A stretch of 62,880 nucleotides of DNA, the filler included, from Basidiobolus ranarum (taxonomy: Eukaryota), in the NCBI GenBank assembly GCA_040143965.1. It is 27 parts of 27 records of this genome, joined end to end, with 100 filler letters (N's around TTAATTAATTAA, not from the genome) between each part and the next. Parts side by side here need not be neighbours in the genome. Positions count along the whole stretch, not along the records: positions 11,709 to 13,948 come from JASJQH010003596.1; positions 14,049 to 16,287 come from JASJQH010003597.1; positions 16,388 to 18,625 come from JASJQH010003598.1; positions 18,726 to 20,962 come from JASJQH010003599.1; positions 21,063 to 23,299 come from JASJQH010003600.1; positions 23,400 to 25,635 come from JASJQH010003601.1; 21 more parts are not named here. The stretch is one strand, 5' to 3'. Every line of letters begins with the position of its first letter. Position 1 is the stretch's first letter. The notes beneath the pieces were generated by a model that worked only from the letters and a program-made list of their open reading frames with translations, made no database searches and was not told where the DNA came from. This document shows, in pieces, positions 11,709 through 24,312 of this stretch. Made by a program: the position numbers and the translations under genes.

Positions 11709-13130
11709 ATTGATAATATATGGGTGCTGAGACTGAAACTTAACTCAGATGGATCTATCAACTGGTACAAAGCAAGATTAGTAGTAAAAGGCTATGCTCA
11801 GAAACATGGCATTGACTATGATGAAACATTTTCTCCAGTTGCTAAGTTTACCTCAATCAGAGTAATCCTAGCCATTGTTACCCACCAAGGAATGCTGATT
11901 GAACAAATGGATGTCAAGACAGCATTTCTTAATGGAGAAATTGACAAAGATATATACATGGAGCAACCAGTGGGATATTTTACAAAAGGAAAACAGCACC
12001 AAGTATGCACGCTACAGAGAAGTCTATATGGTCTGAAACAGGCTCCTTGCACATGGAATACCTAAATCAATCAGATCTTCTTGAAACATCTTTTCCAACA
12101 TAACAAGGCTGATCACTGCATATACTTCAAGACTATCAAAGCCACCAAAGTTATAATTGCTCTCTATGTTGATGATATCATAATAGTTAGTAATTGCTCA
12201 AATCTGATGAAGCAAACTAAGACCTGGCTATCTACCAAGTTTGAAATGCAAGATCTTGGACCACTTACATATTGTCTTGGATTGCTGATAGATCAAAATT
12301 CCACTATTGGAACACTCTGTATTTTGCAAGAAAAATATATTGGAGATGTTTTAAACAAATTCAATATGTCAGAATGTTAAACAACTTCAAATCCACTATA
12401 TAGGTGGAAACTCACCAAGAATATGGAATCAAATACCTCTGGAGATATTGAAAGCATGAAACATATTCCTTACCGTAGTGCAGTTGGAAGACTCATATAT
12501 GCAACAACAGGTACTAGGCCTGATATTGCTACAGCAGTAAGCATAGTAAGGAAATAAATGGAAAATCCTGCAATGGAACATTGGATAGCTGTGAGACAGA
12601 TAATATGCTATGTGAAAGCAACAATACATCATGGAATCCAATTTAGTAAGCCATACAACATGTCACTTATTTTGGGAGGATATGCTGATGTAGACTGTGC
12701 TAACAATACAGAAGACCATAAATCCAGAACTGGATATGTGTTTAAGATAGCTGGTGGGCCAATAAGCTGATTTAGCAAGAAACAACAAACTGTTGCATTA
12801 TCAACTACTGAAGCAGAATATATGGCAAGCTCTATGGCTGTTCAAGAAGCTATATGGCTAAGGAGTCTTCTCAAGGAACTGGGATATGATCAAGTTAATC
12901 CTACCCCATTATATCATGATAATATCAGTTGTATTCAGAACCAAGAATCCTGAACATCACTCAAGGATGAAACAATTAACATAAGGCATCATTTTTTACA
13001 AGAGAAAATTCAAGACAAAGAAGTGAACTTTATTTATTGTATTACTGAAAACATGCTTGCAGATATACTAACAAAACTACTCAAAACTTCAAGCTTTGAG
13101 AAGTTAAGAGCAGGAATAGGCATTAGTTAA
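11709..13130 (+). pseudogene. Ty1/copia reverse transcriptase-RNase H, degenerate
   Basis: [60 protein letters not shown] and ADILTK, with in-frame stops. Confidence 0.95.
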
Positions 13131-13165
13131 TATAAGCACAATGCAGCATAAGAATCAAGGGAAGG

Positions 13166-13481
13166 TGTTGGTATATTAAACTTTATTCAACATCATAGTT
13201 AACTTTAGTTATGATCCATATAGCTGAAATAGAAAGCAATGTACTTATAGCCCCTGTAGTCTAAATAGGAATATCTCTATATCTATATAACAAGTATGTC
13301 TTATTATCTCCACTTATCTATTATATCTTATTACACTGACTCCTGAATATCTCAAACAGTTGATTTACTTTTCTACTATATAAGTCACCATATACTCTTA
13401 AGAATATAGTAACTAAATACACTATCATAAGTTGTTTCTAGTACTCAAAGTCTATTCCCATTACATTGAGATCCTCCAACA
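13166..13481 (+). mobile_element. 3' LTR of the copia element
   Basis: TGTTGG...CCAACA directly after the polypurine tract AAGGGAAGG that follows the RNase H stop. Confidence 0.85.
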
Positions 13482-13948
13482 GAACCTTCTGACCCTTCTT
13501 TATTGGAAGCTTACAAGAAAAAGACAAGAAGGCCTTTAATGTCATTTGTCAAAGTTTGAAGGATTCATAACTTGTGAATATTCAATATGCAAAGACTTCC
13601 CATTAAGCTTGGACTATATTGGAAGAGTGTTATAAAGCAAAGAGTTTTGCTGATAGACTCTTTCTCAGACAAAAATTCTTCAATATAAAGATGAAAAGTC
13701 TGAAAGCATGGTTACTCATATTGCAAATGTGAGATCTTTTGCAAAACAACTAGAAAAAAATTGGTCTAACTTTATATGAAGTTGATGTCATTACAACTCT
13801 TCTAAGTAGTCTGTCAGAGCAGTATTCAAAGTTGCCCACAGCTTTGGAAGCAAGATCTGACAAGTTGTGTTTGGAGTTTGTGATGGCAAGGCTGATGGAT
13901 CAACATCTCAGAAGTAAGAATTTGGAAAAAGAATCTGAGGAAGTGGCT
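13482..13948 (+). pseudogene. Copia gag (UBN2-type) fragment into which the preceding element inserted
   Basis: AWTILEECYKAKSFADRLFLRQKFFNIKM and DVITTLLSSLSEQYSKLPTALEAR, with stops and frameshifts. Confidence 0.75.
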
Positions 13949-14049
13949 NNNNNNNNNNNNNNNNNNNNNNNNNNNNNNNNNNNNNNNNNNNNTTAATTAA
14001 TTAANNNNNNNNNNNNNNNNNNNNNNNNNNNNNNNNNNNNNNNNNNNNA

Positions 14050-14184
14050 TATTTAGTGGACTGGAAGGGATACTCAACAAATGATCAATCATGGGAGGCA
14101 GCAACAAATCTTTCCAATTCAAAGGAACTTTGCCAGGAGTTTCATGAAGCCTACCCAGAAAAACCTAGCCCTATGATGTCTTGA
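14050..14184 (+). mobile_element. Chromodomain at the end of a Ty3/gypsy (chromovirus) integrase
   Basis: YLVDWKGYSTNDQSWEAATNLSNSKELCQEFHEAYPEKP, followed by the PPT AAAGAAGGGGATAA. Confidence 0.9.
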
Positions 14185-14208
14185 AGCCATCACTAAAGAA
14201 GGGGATAA

Positions 14209-14695
14209 TGTCATGATTCTGATCTTGGCATACTGATCCACTGCAAATAGAACTCTTCTATTATTAGATAATGACATCATATCTGCTGTGCCATCTCTTC
14301 TTGGCAATCCGGGGTTAGTTCATCCAGATTACCTTCTATGGAAGTCATGTTCTTTGGAACATTCCATGAAACCTGACCAATCATGTCATCCCACACATAG
14401 TGTCTTTCTGCCTCTTTGTATTGGTCCTTGTAGTACCTAAAACCCCAACTCTCAAACTTGCCACAGTATATTCCCTATTCAATATATTATATTTCACCTT
14501 GCAATATCTAAATAAGCCCCATGTATTCCTTGATCAGATCTCAGTCTGATCAATGCCAGTTATCAATAAAGATTCTTGCCAAAAGTATCTTCCTTGTCCA
14601 GTCTTGTCTTGTCATGTGGTCTACAACCAAGTACTCTCCTGCCTTCTAGCCTCTTGTTGTTGTTTCCAATCCTTGTCCAGTTCCTTATTGTGACA
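14209..14695 (+). mobile_element. 3' LTR of chromovirus (family E)
   Basis: TGTCATGA...TGTGACA right after the PPT. Other copies at 16388-16670, ~17905-18287, 30459-30993, 32735-32960, 46712-46938 and 60659-61371. Confidence 0.88.
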
Positions 14696-14924
14696 AGTAT
14701 GCAGAAAGTGTCTTGAGAAGAAAAACATTCAACTGAACATTCAGTCTGGTGTTGACTAAGCGGACTTCTGAGAAGACCTTAATACAGATTGGCACAATAT
14801 TGCAGGGTATTCACCAGATAGCTGGAGTAATGCTGATTCAGCAACATTAATACAATGATGGGCTTTGATGGAGATATTGATATAAGCTTGTGTTGGATAT
14901 GAGCTATACTTTGGGTACCAACTG

Positions 14925-15442
14925 CTGGATGGCTTGGCTCTAGATGTTTTACTTCAAAGCAGCATGCATACCAGGAAAAACAAATGTTGTTGTTGATGTA
15001 CCTTGAAGAATGGGATGAAGACCTTGTAAAGTACACTCTGATGACAGCTTTGAAGTTTCCCTTGATGCTGACATACACTAAGCCTCTAATAGTTTCCCTA
15101 TGCCTAAAGAATGGTGGGATATTGTGCATTATTTGGCCACTTTATAGATACACTACTCCTTAGATCTGCAGCAATTCAGAAACCTCAGGATGAAAGCCTA
15201 TCACTTTCTTGTCAGGGATGGATTACTTTTCAAATGGGTCAAGGAAGGACAGGTACCAAGAAGGATCACATTTAACTTCCAAGAAAAGCAGAGAATCATT
15301 AGAGAGATTCATGAAGGAGAACCAGAAGGACACCATGGCAGAGAGGCTACATTCAAGAGATCAACACCAAGATGCCATTGGAGCATTGAATATCAGGATA
15401 TTAAGGAATATATGGAAACATTTGATGCATGCCAAAGCAAAT
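14925..15442 (+). pseudogene. Gypsy pol fragment (RNase H end and H2C2 zinc-binding integrase domain)
   Basis: IPGKTNVV and LVRDGLLFKW...IIREIHEG...GHHGREATF...W...YQDIKEY...DACQ. Confidence 0.75.
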
Positions 15443-16287
15443 TATTTGGAAAATATGGGCTGTTTGGAAGAACTTTAGAAAGGTGGAGTTGTGAATAGCT
15501 TTGTGAGATAATTATTAATTGTCGAGAAATGAAGCATTTAAACATTTTGGTCAAAATACAGAAAACTAACACAGGGGTTGTGTTCAGAACATCTGTGGGA
15601 GTAAAATGAGCTATCTTCAGGGCAATTTGGACAAGTTTGAAATTTCCAATATGGAATTGCTAAGTCTCACATTATTCACATATATATATAATATATGTTC
15701 CAATTTTCAGCTAAGTGATATTTGACCAAGTAATGTTAACTAACTTATATATGATATATGAAATAGTTAGGTGTATAAAGATAGAGATAACAAATATAAT
15801 AAAGGCAATAAACTTCAACACTCCTACTCAACTAAATATTCATATATCTTAATCCTAACTTAAATCTTAATTCTTCACATTTTGGCCTAAGTAATGGTTT
15901 GTTAAGGATGTCAGCAATCATGTCCTCACTTGGTCAATACTCCAGTTGGATGTGCATATTCTCAATAGCTTCCCTGACAATGCTGTCATGCTGTAAAGGT
16001 TAGAACATAGGGCTCATAACCTATTGAGAAAATTTGGGCTGTTTGGAGGAACTTGAGAAAAGTGGAGTTGTGAATAGCTTTGTGAGATAATTATTTATTG
16101 TCCAGAAATAAAGAATTTAAACATTTTGGTGGAAATACAGAAAACTAACACAGGGGTTGTGTTCAGAACATCTGTGGGAGTAAAATGAGCTATCTTCAGG
16201 GCAATTTGGACAAGTTTGAAATTTCAAATATGGAATTTCTAATTCTCACATTATTTTCATATATATACAAGACTTGTTCCATTGGAC
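15443..16287 (-). mobile_element. Miniature copia derivative (family D): 5' LTR, PBS, ~200-bp internal region, PPT, 3' LTR
   Basis: LTRs at 16022 to ~16268 and 15443-15820. PBS GGTTATGAGCCC at 16021-16010 and PPT GAGTAGGAG at 15829-15821. The internal part matches the RNase H tail at 52320-52477. Confidence 0.8.
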
Positions 16288-16387
16288 NNNNNNNNNNNNN
16301 NNNNNNNNNNNNNNNNNNNNNNNNNNNNNNNTTAATTAATTAANNNNNNNNNNNNNNNNNNNNNNNNNNNNNNNNNNNNNNNNNNNN

Positions 16388-18625
16388 GGACTGCGAGGAC
16401 CAATACAAAGAGGGATGATGTAAGGATGATGTAAGGATGATCAGGTGACCTTCCATGGAAGGTCTTGGCGGAAATACACTATGTGAGGGATGACATGATT
16501 GGTTAGGTTTCATGGAATGTTCCAAAGAACATGACTTCCATATAAGGTAATCTGGATGAACTGACACCAGATTGCCAAGAAGGGATGGCACAGCAGATAT
16601 GATGTCATAATCTAAGAATAGAGGAGTTCTATTTGTAGTGGATCAGTATGCCGAGATCAGAATCATGACAACTGCAAGTTAGCGATATATTGGCCAAACC
16701 CTTTATGGATCTTTGCCAAAATCCAAGGACTCATTCTCATGGTGAATGGTAACAAAAGTCAGCTATTTGCCAAGTGTCAGTGGTATTCAAAATTTAAGAT
16801 GTTTAGCAATTTTTTCACCATTACTTTGCTGATAAAGCATATTGATGTTGTTGAGTTATGTCTAATCAGTCAAGTATGTGCATATGTAGAGACTAAACAC
16901 AGCAAGATTCTTGTATTTTTTGACTCTCATTATGGCTGGAATACAAAGCCTAGAATATCAAAAAAAAGGCATGCATATTAAATCAAATTCCTACAGCAGT
17001 AAATCCAGTAGTTTGCCATTTGAAAATTATATTTTTGCAAAAATTGCCGGATATTGAATAATGCATGCCAAATTTGAGGATCAATATTTTAACATGTATG
17101 AATACCACTACAATACCATCAAGATCATGCATTTCAAACTTGGTAGATAGCCAGGTCTTATTTGTTTCATCAGATTTGAGCAATTACCAACTATAATGAT
17201 GTCATCAACATAGAGAACAATTATGACTTTGGTGGCTTTGAGAGTCCTGAAATATATGCAGTGATCAGCTTTGCTACAATGTAAAAGATATTTTAAGAAG
17301 ATCTGATTAATTTTAGTATTCCATGAACTAGGAGCCTGCTTCAAATCATAAAGACATCTCTGTAGCTTATATACTTGATGTTCTTTTCATTTGAAATAAA
17401 TACCTCTAGTAGATCTATGTATATATCCTGATCAAATTCTCATTAAGAATCTTAACAAAAGTAAAATCAGTTAGATCTGGTTTGGATCCACCAGGTGGAT
17501 AGCAAAACCACCTGAGAGCCATCACAATATTTAAGGCTTGCATTCTGCAAGGGATTTTAATGGTATGACAATGGCTTCTTGAAGATCTTTTGATAGTATT
17601 CATATTAGGAAAATATGGGCTCTTTGGAGGAACTTTAGAAAAGTGCAGTTGTGAATAGCTTTGTGAGATAATTATTTATTGTCCAGAAATAAAGCATTTA
17701 TACATTTTGGTGGAAATGAAGAAAACTAACACTGGGGTTGTGTTCAGAACATCTGTGGGAGTAAAGTATGCTATCTTGGGGGCAATTTGACCAGTTTGAA
17801 ATTTCAAATATGGAATTGCTAATTCTCACAACAATCACATATATAACTATAATATATGTTCCAATTTGCAGTTAAGTGATATTTGACTAAGTAATCTTTT
17901 TTTTTTTTCCATGAAATCTAACCAATCATGTCATCCTACACACAGTATATTTCAACCAAGACCTTCCATGGAAGGTCACCTGAGCATCCTTACATCATCC
18001 CTCTTTCTATTGGTCCTTGTAGTCCCTAACAGCACAAGACTAGAACTTGCCACAGTATGTTCCTTATTCAGTATATTATGTTTCACCCTGCAATATATAT
18101 ATAAGCTCCATGCATTGCTTGATCAGACTAAGGTCTGATCAACACAAGTTATCAATAAAGATTGTTGCCAAAGTATCCTCTCTGTCCAGTCTTGTCTTGT
18201 CTTGTCTTATGGTCTACACACAAGTACTCTCCTGCCTTCTAGCCTCTTATCATTTTTCTAGTCCTTGTCCAGTTCCTTATTGTGATATTTTTATTAAACT
18301 ACTTACACTTGCCTGTAGACTCCTCTCCATCCCTGTTCTCTAACCTTGAAACCCCTCAAGGTTGGCTTCCCTCTCATTACCCATCTTTCCCAAGCTTCCA
18401 TGCTAAGGCAAAGGTACCTTCAACCTTTGGATAATTGCTCTAATGGCATCCTTGTCAAGACACTACTGGTTGAATTACATTTTGTTTTTGATCAAAGAAG
18501 CTTTAGTACTTGCTCAAGCTCGAAGGACATTGATACCAGCATATTTTTTTGTCAAGGTGCCAATCATTTCTTCAACAGAAAGTTGAAAATTGCATTGTAA
18601 TCAACACAGAGATGGAGGGATCCAT
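16388..18625. mobile_element. Mosaic of nested TE fragments (LTR E, CACTA end B, copia RT, LTR D, gypsy pieces)
   Basis: LTR E at 16388-16670 (-) and ~17905-18287 (+), CACTA B at ~16680-17117 and ~17450-17603, copia RT KQAP..LYVDDII at ~17118-17400 (-), LTR D at 17604-17895 (-). Confidence 0.8.
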
Positions 18626-18725
18626 NNNNNNNNNNNNNNNNNNNNNNNNNNNNNNNNNNNNNNNNNNNNTTAATTAATTAANNNNNNNNNNNNNNNNNNN
18701 NNNNNNNNNNNNNNNNNNNNNNNNN

Positions 18726-18835
18726 AGGTTAGTTATTACCGTTGCACCCCAGAAACTCATTGTACCCCATACTAGAGTATAACCTAAGAAAGCAGTACCC
18801 ATCATAACTATGAAAATAATTACTCCTATTGACCA
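18726..18835 (-). other. cob: Mitochondrial cytochrome b fragment (NUMT or chimeric contig end)
   Basis: [36 protein letters not shown] corresponds to cob helix C and the Qo region, with A/T-ending mitochondrial-style codons. Confidence 0.88.
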
Positions 18836-18865
18836 TCTAGCACATTCTAGGATATCAGTCAGTAC

Positions 18866-20962
18866 CTCAACTTCTAAGAGTTCAGGAAGTGGTGGCTCCA
18901 TTTCCTTGATTCGGAGGTACTCCGGTTTCAGGACGTATCCACACCCACCATTGTTGTAAAACATGGCTTCATAGATTTGCATGCATCGATCTAACAGAAA
19001 TGGTTAAGCAGATGATTCAAATGGTTTAGACAATGATCTTCATACATACCGTAGGTTTGATAATTTAAGGCAACCACTTGGGTTCCCGAAAGCCAATGTA
19101 TCATAGGATCAAAATTAGACGAGTTTAGTCGCATGGTTTTCGGGTAGACGCGAGTGAGCTGAACCTTGTTATGTTCAATAAAAGTAGCCATCTCTTTCTG
19201 GCATAGCTTTAGAGCTTTACTCTCGTTCATCGAAATAATTTTATCGTGTTTCACTGGGAATGGCGTACAATTGTTGGTTAATTTTCTCTTCGTTTCTGGC
19301 AATTAGATAAGCAGTGAAAATACTAACAATGATTAAGATCGAAAAATTTAAAGTGGGTTGCCTTGCAATACACAACCATATCAGAAAGTAGTTTCGCAAC
19401 TTTAGGTTTACGTAGTTTAACGGCTTTCTCAACTGTTTAGTAAGTAGATTTAGGGATATGGACAAGTCTCGTATTGTTTGAAGAATGCTTACTTTTGACC
19501 GTTGCTTCGTATCCATTTTCGTCTATAGAATCTTCTTCAGAGGTGGAACTAAAAGCCTCATCGGATTCAGGAGTGATTGTTTTGTTCTACCAAACACAAC
19601 GTTAGATCTCCACACAGCTGATAAACAGACAATAACTCACTCAGATAAGAACCTTGATTAAAATCTTGTAAAGTAACTGATTGGGTGTAGGGAGTTGTGA
19701 CGTTTGCTCTCCTAAGGGCTTGAGCAAGAGAAGACCATCTAAAACTTGAAGGAGTATCTTGGCCATAACTTCCTGCTGCAAGGGAGAGCAATGCGTCTCA
19801 AACGAGAGAATTAAGGGAAAGGGAGACGCAACGAAGGCGTACTTTCTGATGGCTTCCACGGCATCACGGAAAAGGATTTTAGATGTTCTACACACAGAGG
19901 TCATTAGTGTTCAGTCACATCTTGAAGTTCACATATGGATACATACAAAGTTCTCCCATGGTAGATGATAGGCTCATTATTTGGACCATCCCAGCAATCT
20001 ACTAAATACAATTCCACAACCGTTAACACTATACTCTGGAATCCATGCAGAAAAAATATATTTACGTTCTACACATCTACAGCCTTTCTGCAGAGCACGG
20101 ATATAACCTTCGACGGATGATTCGCTGACTACTTGGTCACCTAGTAGATATCTATAGAGCCAACATTAGCCAATGGTATTCGTAGAGGATATCTTGATTC
20201 AATGAAGCACTTACGTATTATGTGAGGATGCAATAAAATAGTGGCTTAGAGGTTGGTCCATATCTTGATACACTCTAGTGGTCTCTGAACGAGTGGGCAA
20301 GTTATCTGAGAGCAACAGAAAGTTCAGGAACCCTTTGATATCCATCATGTTCGATCCTTCCTCGCAGTATTTGTAGAAAATGTGCTCAGCATCTTCAAGC
20401 CTTTCCTGGATAAGAACTTTAGTCTATTTTCTTGGCGCTTTCTCCACAATCAATGGCAAATCGCTTACTTTTTGTACATGAACTCGAAAATAAATGAACT
20501 CTTCTAAAGTAAGATAAGGTCTACATTCTTTAGCAATGGAGTCAAAAAGTTCGCCAATATCGTTGCGATGACGAAGTAAATGAATGATCTTAGCGAATCC
20601 ACTGAAATCAATGAACCCTTGGTTCTGGCTATCAATCATCTAAAGATGCAAAGTCAGTCAATATTTCAATACAAGTATTACATGCATTAACATACGTTGA
20701 AAACTCGCACTAGACTTTCGGCAGGACAATTGATGTTAAGTTTTTTACAAAGTTGCGTAATTTCACCAAGCGAAAGAGAATCGTTTTTGTCTTTATTGGC
20801 ATCGTGCCAAGCTTGACGTAACCAAGCGTCTACTCGCTCACGTAACACATGTGGTCCAGCCATCTCTTTGCTTTTCGCGATTAGGGACTCGAGTGTGGCC
20901 ACCCACTCCTTTAGCAATTCCCTCGGTGGTGAGACAAGATTTAATTTCTTATATTTTCATCC
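18866..20962 (-). CDS. PLC1: Phosphoinositide-specific phospholipase C (PH end, EF-hands, X and Y boxes, start of C2), multi-exon, partial
   Basis: [88 protein letters not shown] and GYVLKP, with GT-AG introns. Confidence 0.95.
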
Positions 20963-21062
20963 NNNNNNNNNNNNNNNNNNNNNNNNNNNNNNNNNNNNNN
21001 NNNNNNTTAATTAATTAANNNNNNNNNNNNNNNNNNNNNNNNNNNNNNNNNNNNNNNNNNNN

Positions 21063-21150
21063 CCACCAATATTGTGACAGTTCTCTGAAGGTTTTGCTAT
21101 TTCAGAGGGGGGATCCAATCCGGATCAAATCAATTTTATTTTTGTTAGGG
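21063..21150 (+). mobile_element. CACTA/EnSpm-like transposon end B
   Basis: Ends ...TTTTATTTTTGTTAGGG, the same as 37398-37963. Confidence 0.75.
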
Positions 21151-22193
21151 TAACTATAATATCCTAAGGGTTTTGTGAGGTGTTCAAAGGGTGCAATAAC
21201 CTTGGTTGAATAACTCTGGGATGTACTCTAATATAGGTCTGTCTCTTGCCTCTTGGGTCTTTGTGAAAGGGTATTAAGACTCTAGAAATGTCTAGGGACT
21301 GATAAATCACAATGCAATGTGCAGCTTTCTGTTGAATAATATGCTGGCCCTTGACAAAAGAATATACTGGCTTCAGTGTCCTTTGAGAATCATCAGATAA
21401 AAAGGGTATATCCAATCAAAAACAACTGTAACTCAGCCAGCAGGGTCTTGAACAAGGATGTACTAGTAGTGATTCATCCAAGGATACAAAAAAGTTCCTT
21501 GCCCATGCCCACAAAGCTACGGAAAAAATATAAAGTATCAAAATTATAACACCTACCTCTCAGTACTTTCTTTGAGCTGGTTAAATCCTTTCTAGTCACA
21601 CAGTAGCTGGTAATTGCCTCTAGTAGTCTCTCTTGAGCTTCCTCTTCAAAGGTCTTGTAAGCAGTGGTGAGAATAAGGGGTGATCACAAGTAGTAATTGT
21701 TAGTTGAAAACCTGGATGATTTTTATTAGAAAAGATATGGCTCCTATTCATACTTTTATGGTTATAGATATGATTACTAATGAGAATTTCCGGAAAGTTC
21801 CAGAGAATTCTATTGGTGGGGATCTGGGGTTATGATATCATCATAAATCATAAGAATAGTAATCCATGGAATGTTCCAGAAGGTTGTAGAATAATCCAAA
21901 AAGTCATGGAATGTTCAGGCAAAATCAAGTTTTGAATGGTGAAAACTCAATCAATCATCAAATATTCTAAGAATCTTATGGAATTTTCCTGAATATTGTA
22001 TAATTTTCCAGAAAACAACAAGGCTAATGTGCGTTAATACTGATAAATCTGAAGTAATAGGGGATAATACTAGTAGTGAGATATGACTGGCTATAAAATA
22101 TGGCTAAGTCAAATAAGGATAATAAAATAGATATTGTGCAATAGTGATGATATGAGCTAATAGTGGAATAAGTCAAACAGCCAGTGGGTAACA
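21151..22193 (-). mobile_element. Probable long LTR (family F)
   Basis: On the minus strand a PPT-like ATAGGGGGGCAGCA precedes TGTTACCC. Part of it recurs at 32415-32634. Confidence 0.5.
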
Positions 22194-22265
22194 ATGCTGC
22201 CCCCCTATAATGTAATTAGGGAATTACAATCTCTTCACTTGCACTATTGCTGGAAAGGAACATAC

Positions 22266-22449
22266 CTGGTTAATTGATTAATGCTTCATCATTACTTGAG
22301 TTAGGTTCTGGCATGTTAATGCCTTCCAAAGTGGATAGTTGATCACTAGACTGCTCATCAACTAAGTACTCTGTTCTTGCTGGTTTTTTTCCATTTGTGA
22401 CACAGGTTTTGGCTTGGAAGCCAATTTTGATTTACATTTTGAATGGCAT
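22266..22449 (-). pseudogene. First exon of a second ORF transcribed divergently from the CACTA transposase
   Basis: ATG...GKKPARTEYLVDEQ..LSTLEGINMPEPNSSNDEALIN followed by a CAG|GTATGT donor. A homologous copy at ~32965-33355 reads LASKPKPAGTKGKKPARTEDLIDEQ. Confidence 0.5.
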
Positions 22450-22675
22450 TGCAATTTTCAGATGGTAAACTTGGTGTAATGAAATTGCATAGAAACAGCT
22501 TACTATAAACCAAAATTGCCATCCATTACCATAAATATCTTGTAAATCCCCTGATGACTCATTTATCACACCATCTCAAAATCAGCTGATGATATTGATG
22601 GCCTATACCCAAAATACCACCCTTATTTAGAAGGTGTTTGCTTTTTTATAATATCCTTCTCATGCTGCAACACAA

Positions 22676-23299
22676 ATGTTTAAAGGAGCCCTGCTATTAT
22701 TGTCACAACTTCTTGTGCTATGAAAGCAGGAGGCTTCACAGAAAAACTAATCACAAGTATGGTCACTGTACAAAGCCTGGTGTATAAAAACAGTAATAAG
22801 TGCACTAAATCAACTTTAGCTTTGCCCATTGAGTCCACTGACTGTACTTTTCCTCAAAGTTTTGGTAATGCTGCCAACAATCAAGATACCATGGAGTTAC
22901 CACAGTTATATGATCACAATGATGTAGGTAGAAATTCAACTTTGATTGAACCGGTCTGTACAGACAACTCTTGGGACTTTCTGCTAGATGCTGACCTTGA
23001 TTATTCCAGTACCAATGATAGTATATCCAAAGTTGAAGAAGAACATGACAGTTTTGTTACAGACTCTTTGTTATTGGCAACTATTAGTCCACTCATCACA
23101 CTTACTACAAAGGAAGCAGCTTTAATTATTGAGGAGTGGAGAGTTCAATCCAATCTTAGCTACCAGGTGTTTATTGGTTTTCTTACACTTTTACCACAGT
23201 TGATTGGCAACTGTTGCTTGCCACAGACCTGATAAAAGTAGAAAACACTTATCAATAGTATGACTTATAATCCTTGAGTAATTAAACTACCTTGATGTC
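22676..23299 (+). pseudogene. CACTA/EnSpm transposase, N-terminal region, degenerate
   Basis: KEPCYYCHNFLCYESRRLH and ALIIEEWRVQSNLS. Colinear with 33460-33930 and 46940-47260, which continue into Tnp2 motifs. Confidence 0.7.
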
Positions 23300-23399
23300 N
23301 NNNNNNNNNNNNNNNNNNNNNNNNNNNNNNNNNNNNNNNNNNNTTAATTAATTAANNNNNNNNNNNNNNNNNNNNNNNNNNNNNNNNNNNNNNNNNNNN

Positions 23400-23887
23400 T
23401 GACCATGCAGATATCTGGGAAGAACATAATATGGAATGGCACAATATTGCAGGGTATCAGCCAGATAGCTGGAAGAATGTTGATATAGCAATGTTAATAC
23501 AATGGTGGGCTTTGATGGAGATATTGATACAAACTCTTGTTAGATACAAGCTAAAATTTGGGTATGAAGAACTCTGCAAAAATATTCAGGAGTTTACATC
23601 AAAGAAACAAGTAATTTTGAAGTTTACAAATTCACATTTGAGTGGTATATGTATAAAACTTGAGTTACATTTTTTGCACATGTGTTGATCCATAGTTCTT
23701 TAAGATTGTAGCCAATTGTGTGCAACTATTTTACAAGATCTTGAAATTTCACTCCTGAAACTGAAAAAATTGATTAAAATCAAATTCTAACTTGTCAATT
23801 TTATGACAGTAAGTAAACACTCAATCCAAAATGGATTAAAATTGTGACTGTTTTCCTACAATAACAATCCTCAAATTTCTGTTAGGG
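23400..23887 (-). mobile_element. CACTA end A with subterminal degenerate coding sequence
   Basis: Ends CTGTTAGGG. Its start is homologous to the end of contig 56013-58235 and to 39920-40410. Confidence 0.72.
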
Positions 23888-24312
23888 GCATCTGTGGGAG
23901 TTGTGTGAGTTATTTTGGGGGCACTTTGGACAAGCTTGAAATTTTCAACATAGAATTGCCAATTCTCACATTGTTCTCATATACATGAAATAGGTGTTCC
24001 TAATTTCCACTAAGTGCTCCTTGACTAAATGATGTTAATTAATGTAATTGTAATATATGGAATAGTCAGGTGTATAAAGATAAACATAAGCTCCCATGAC
24101 ACAGTGACATTGAATCTCAATGTGCTTACTAGTGGCATGAAATTTGGGATTGTTAGCCAAAGAAATGCATCTTGAATAGTCTTTGAAGTTTATAATGAAT
24201 GAGTTTTGAAAAATGCCTAGTAATTAAAGAGTTTCCTTATTGGTATAGCCTCCTTCAATGTATGTGATGATACTCTGCTTTAGTTGTAGAAAATGATATG
24301 GTTGATTGTTAC

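Noticed and set aside
16010-16021. GGGCTCATAACC matches the tRNA-iMet anticodon arm
   Set aside because: It is the copia primer-binding site; no tRNA cloverleaf surrounds it.
18674-18982. Apparent PLC-cytochrome b fusion protein in the ORF track
   Set aside because: It reads through a likely splice donor into a NUMT or chimeric tip and then into the linker.
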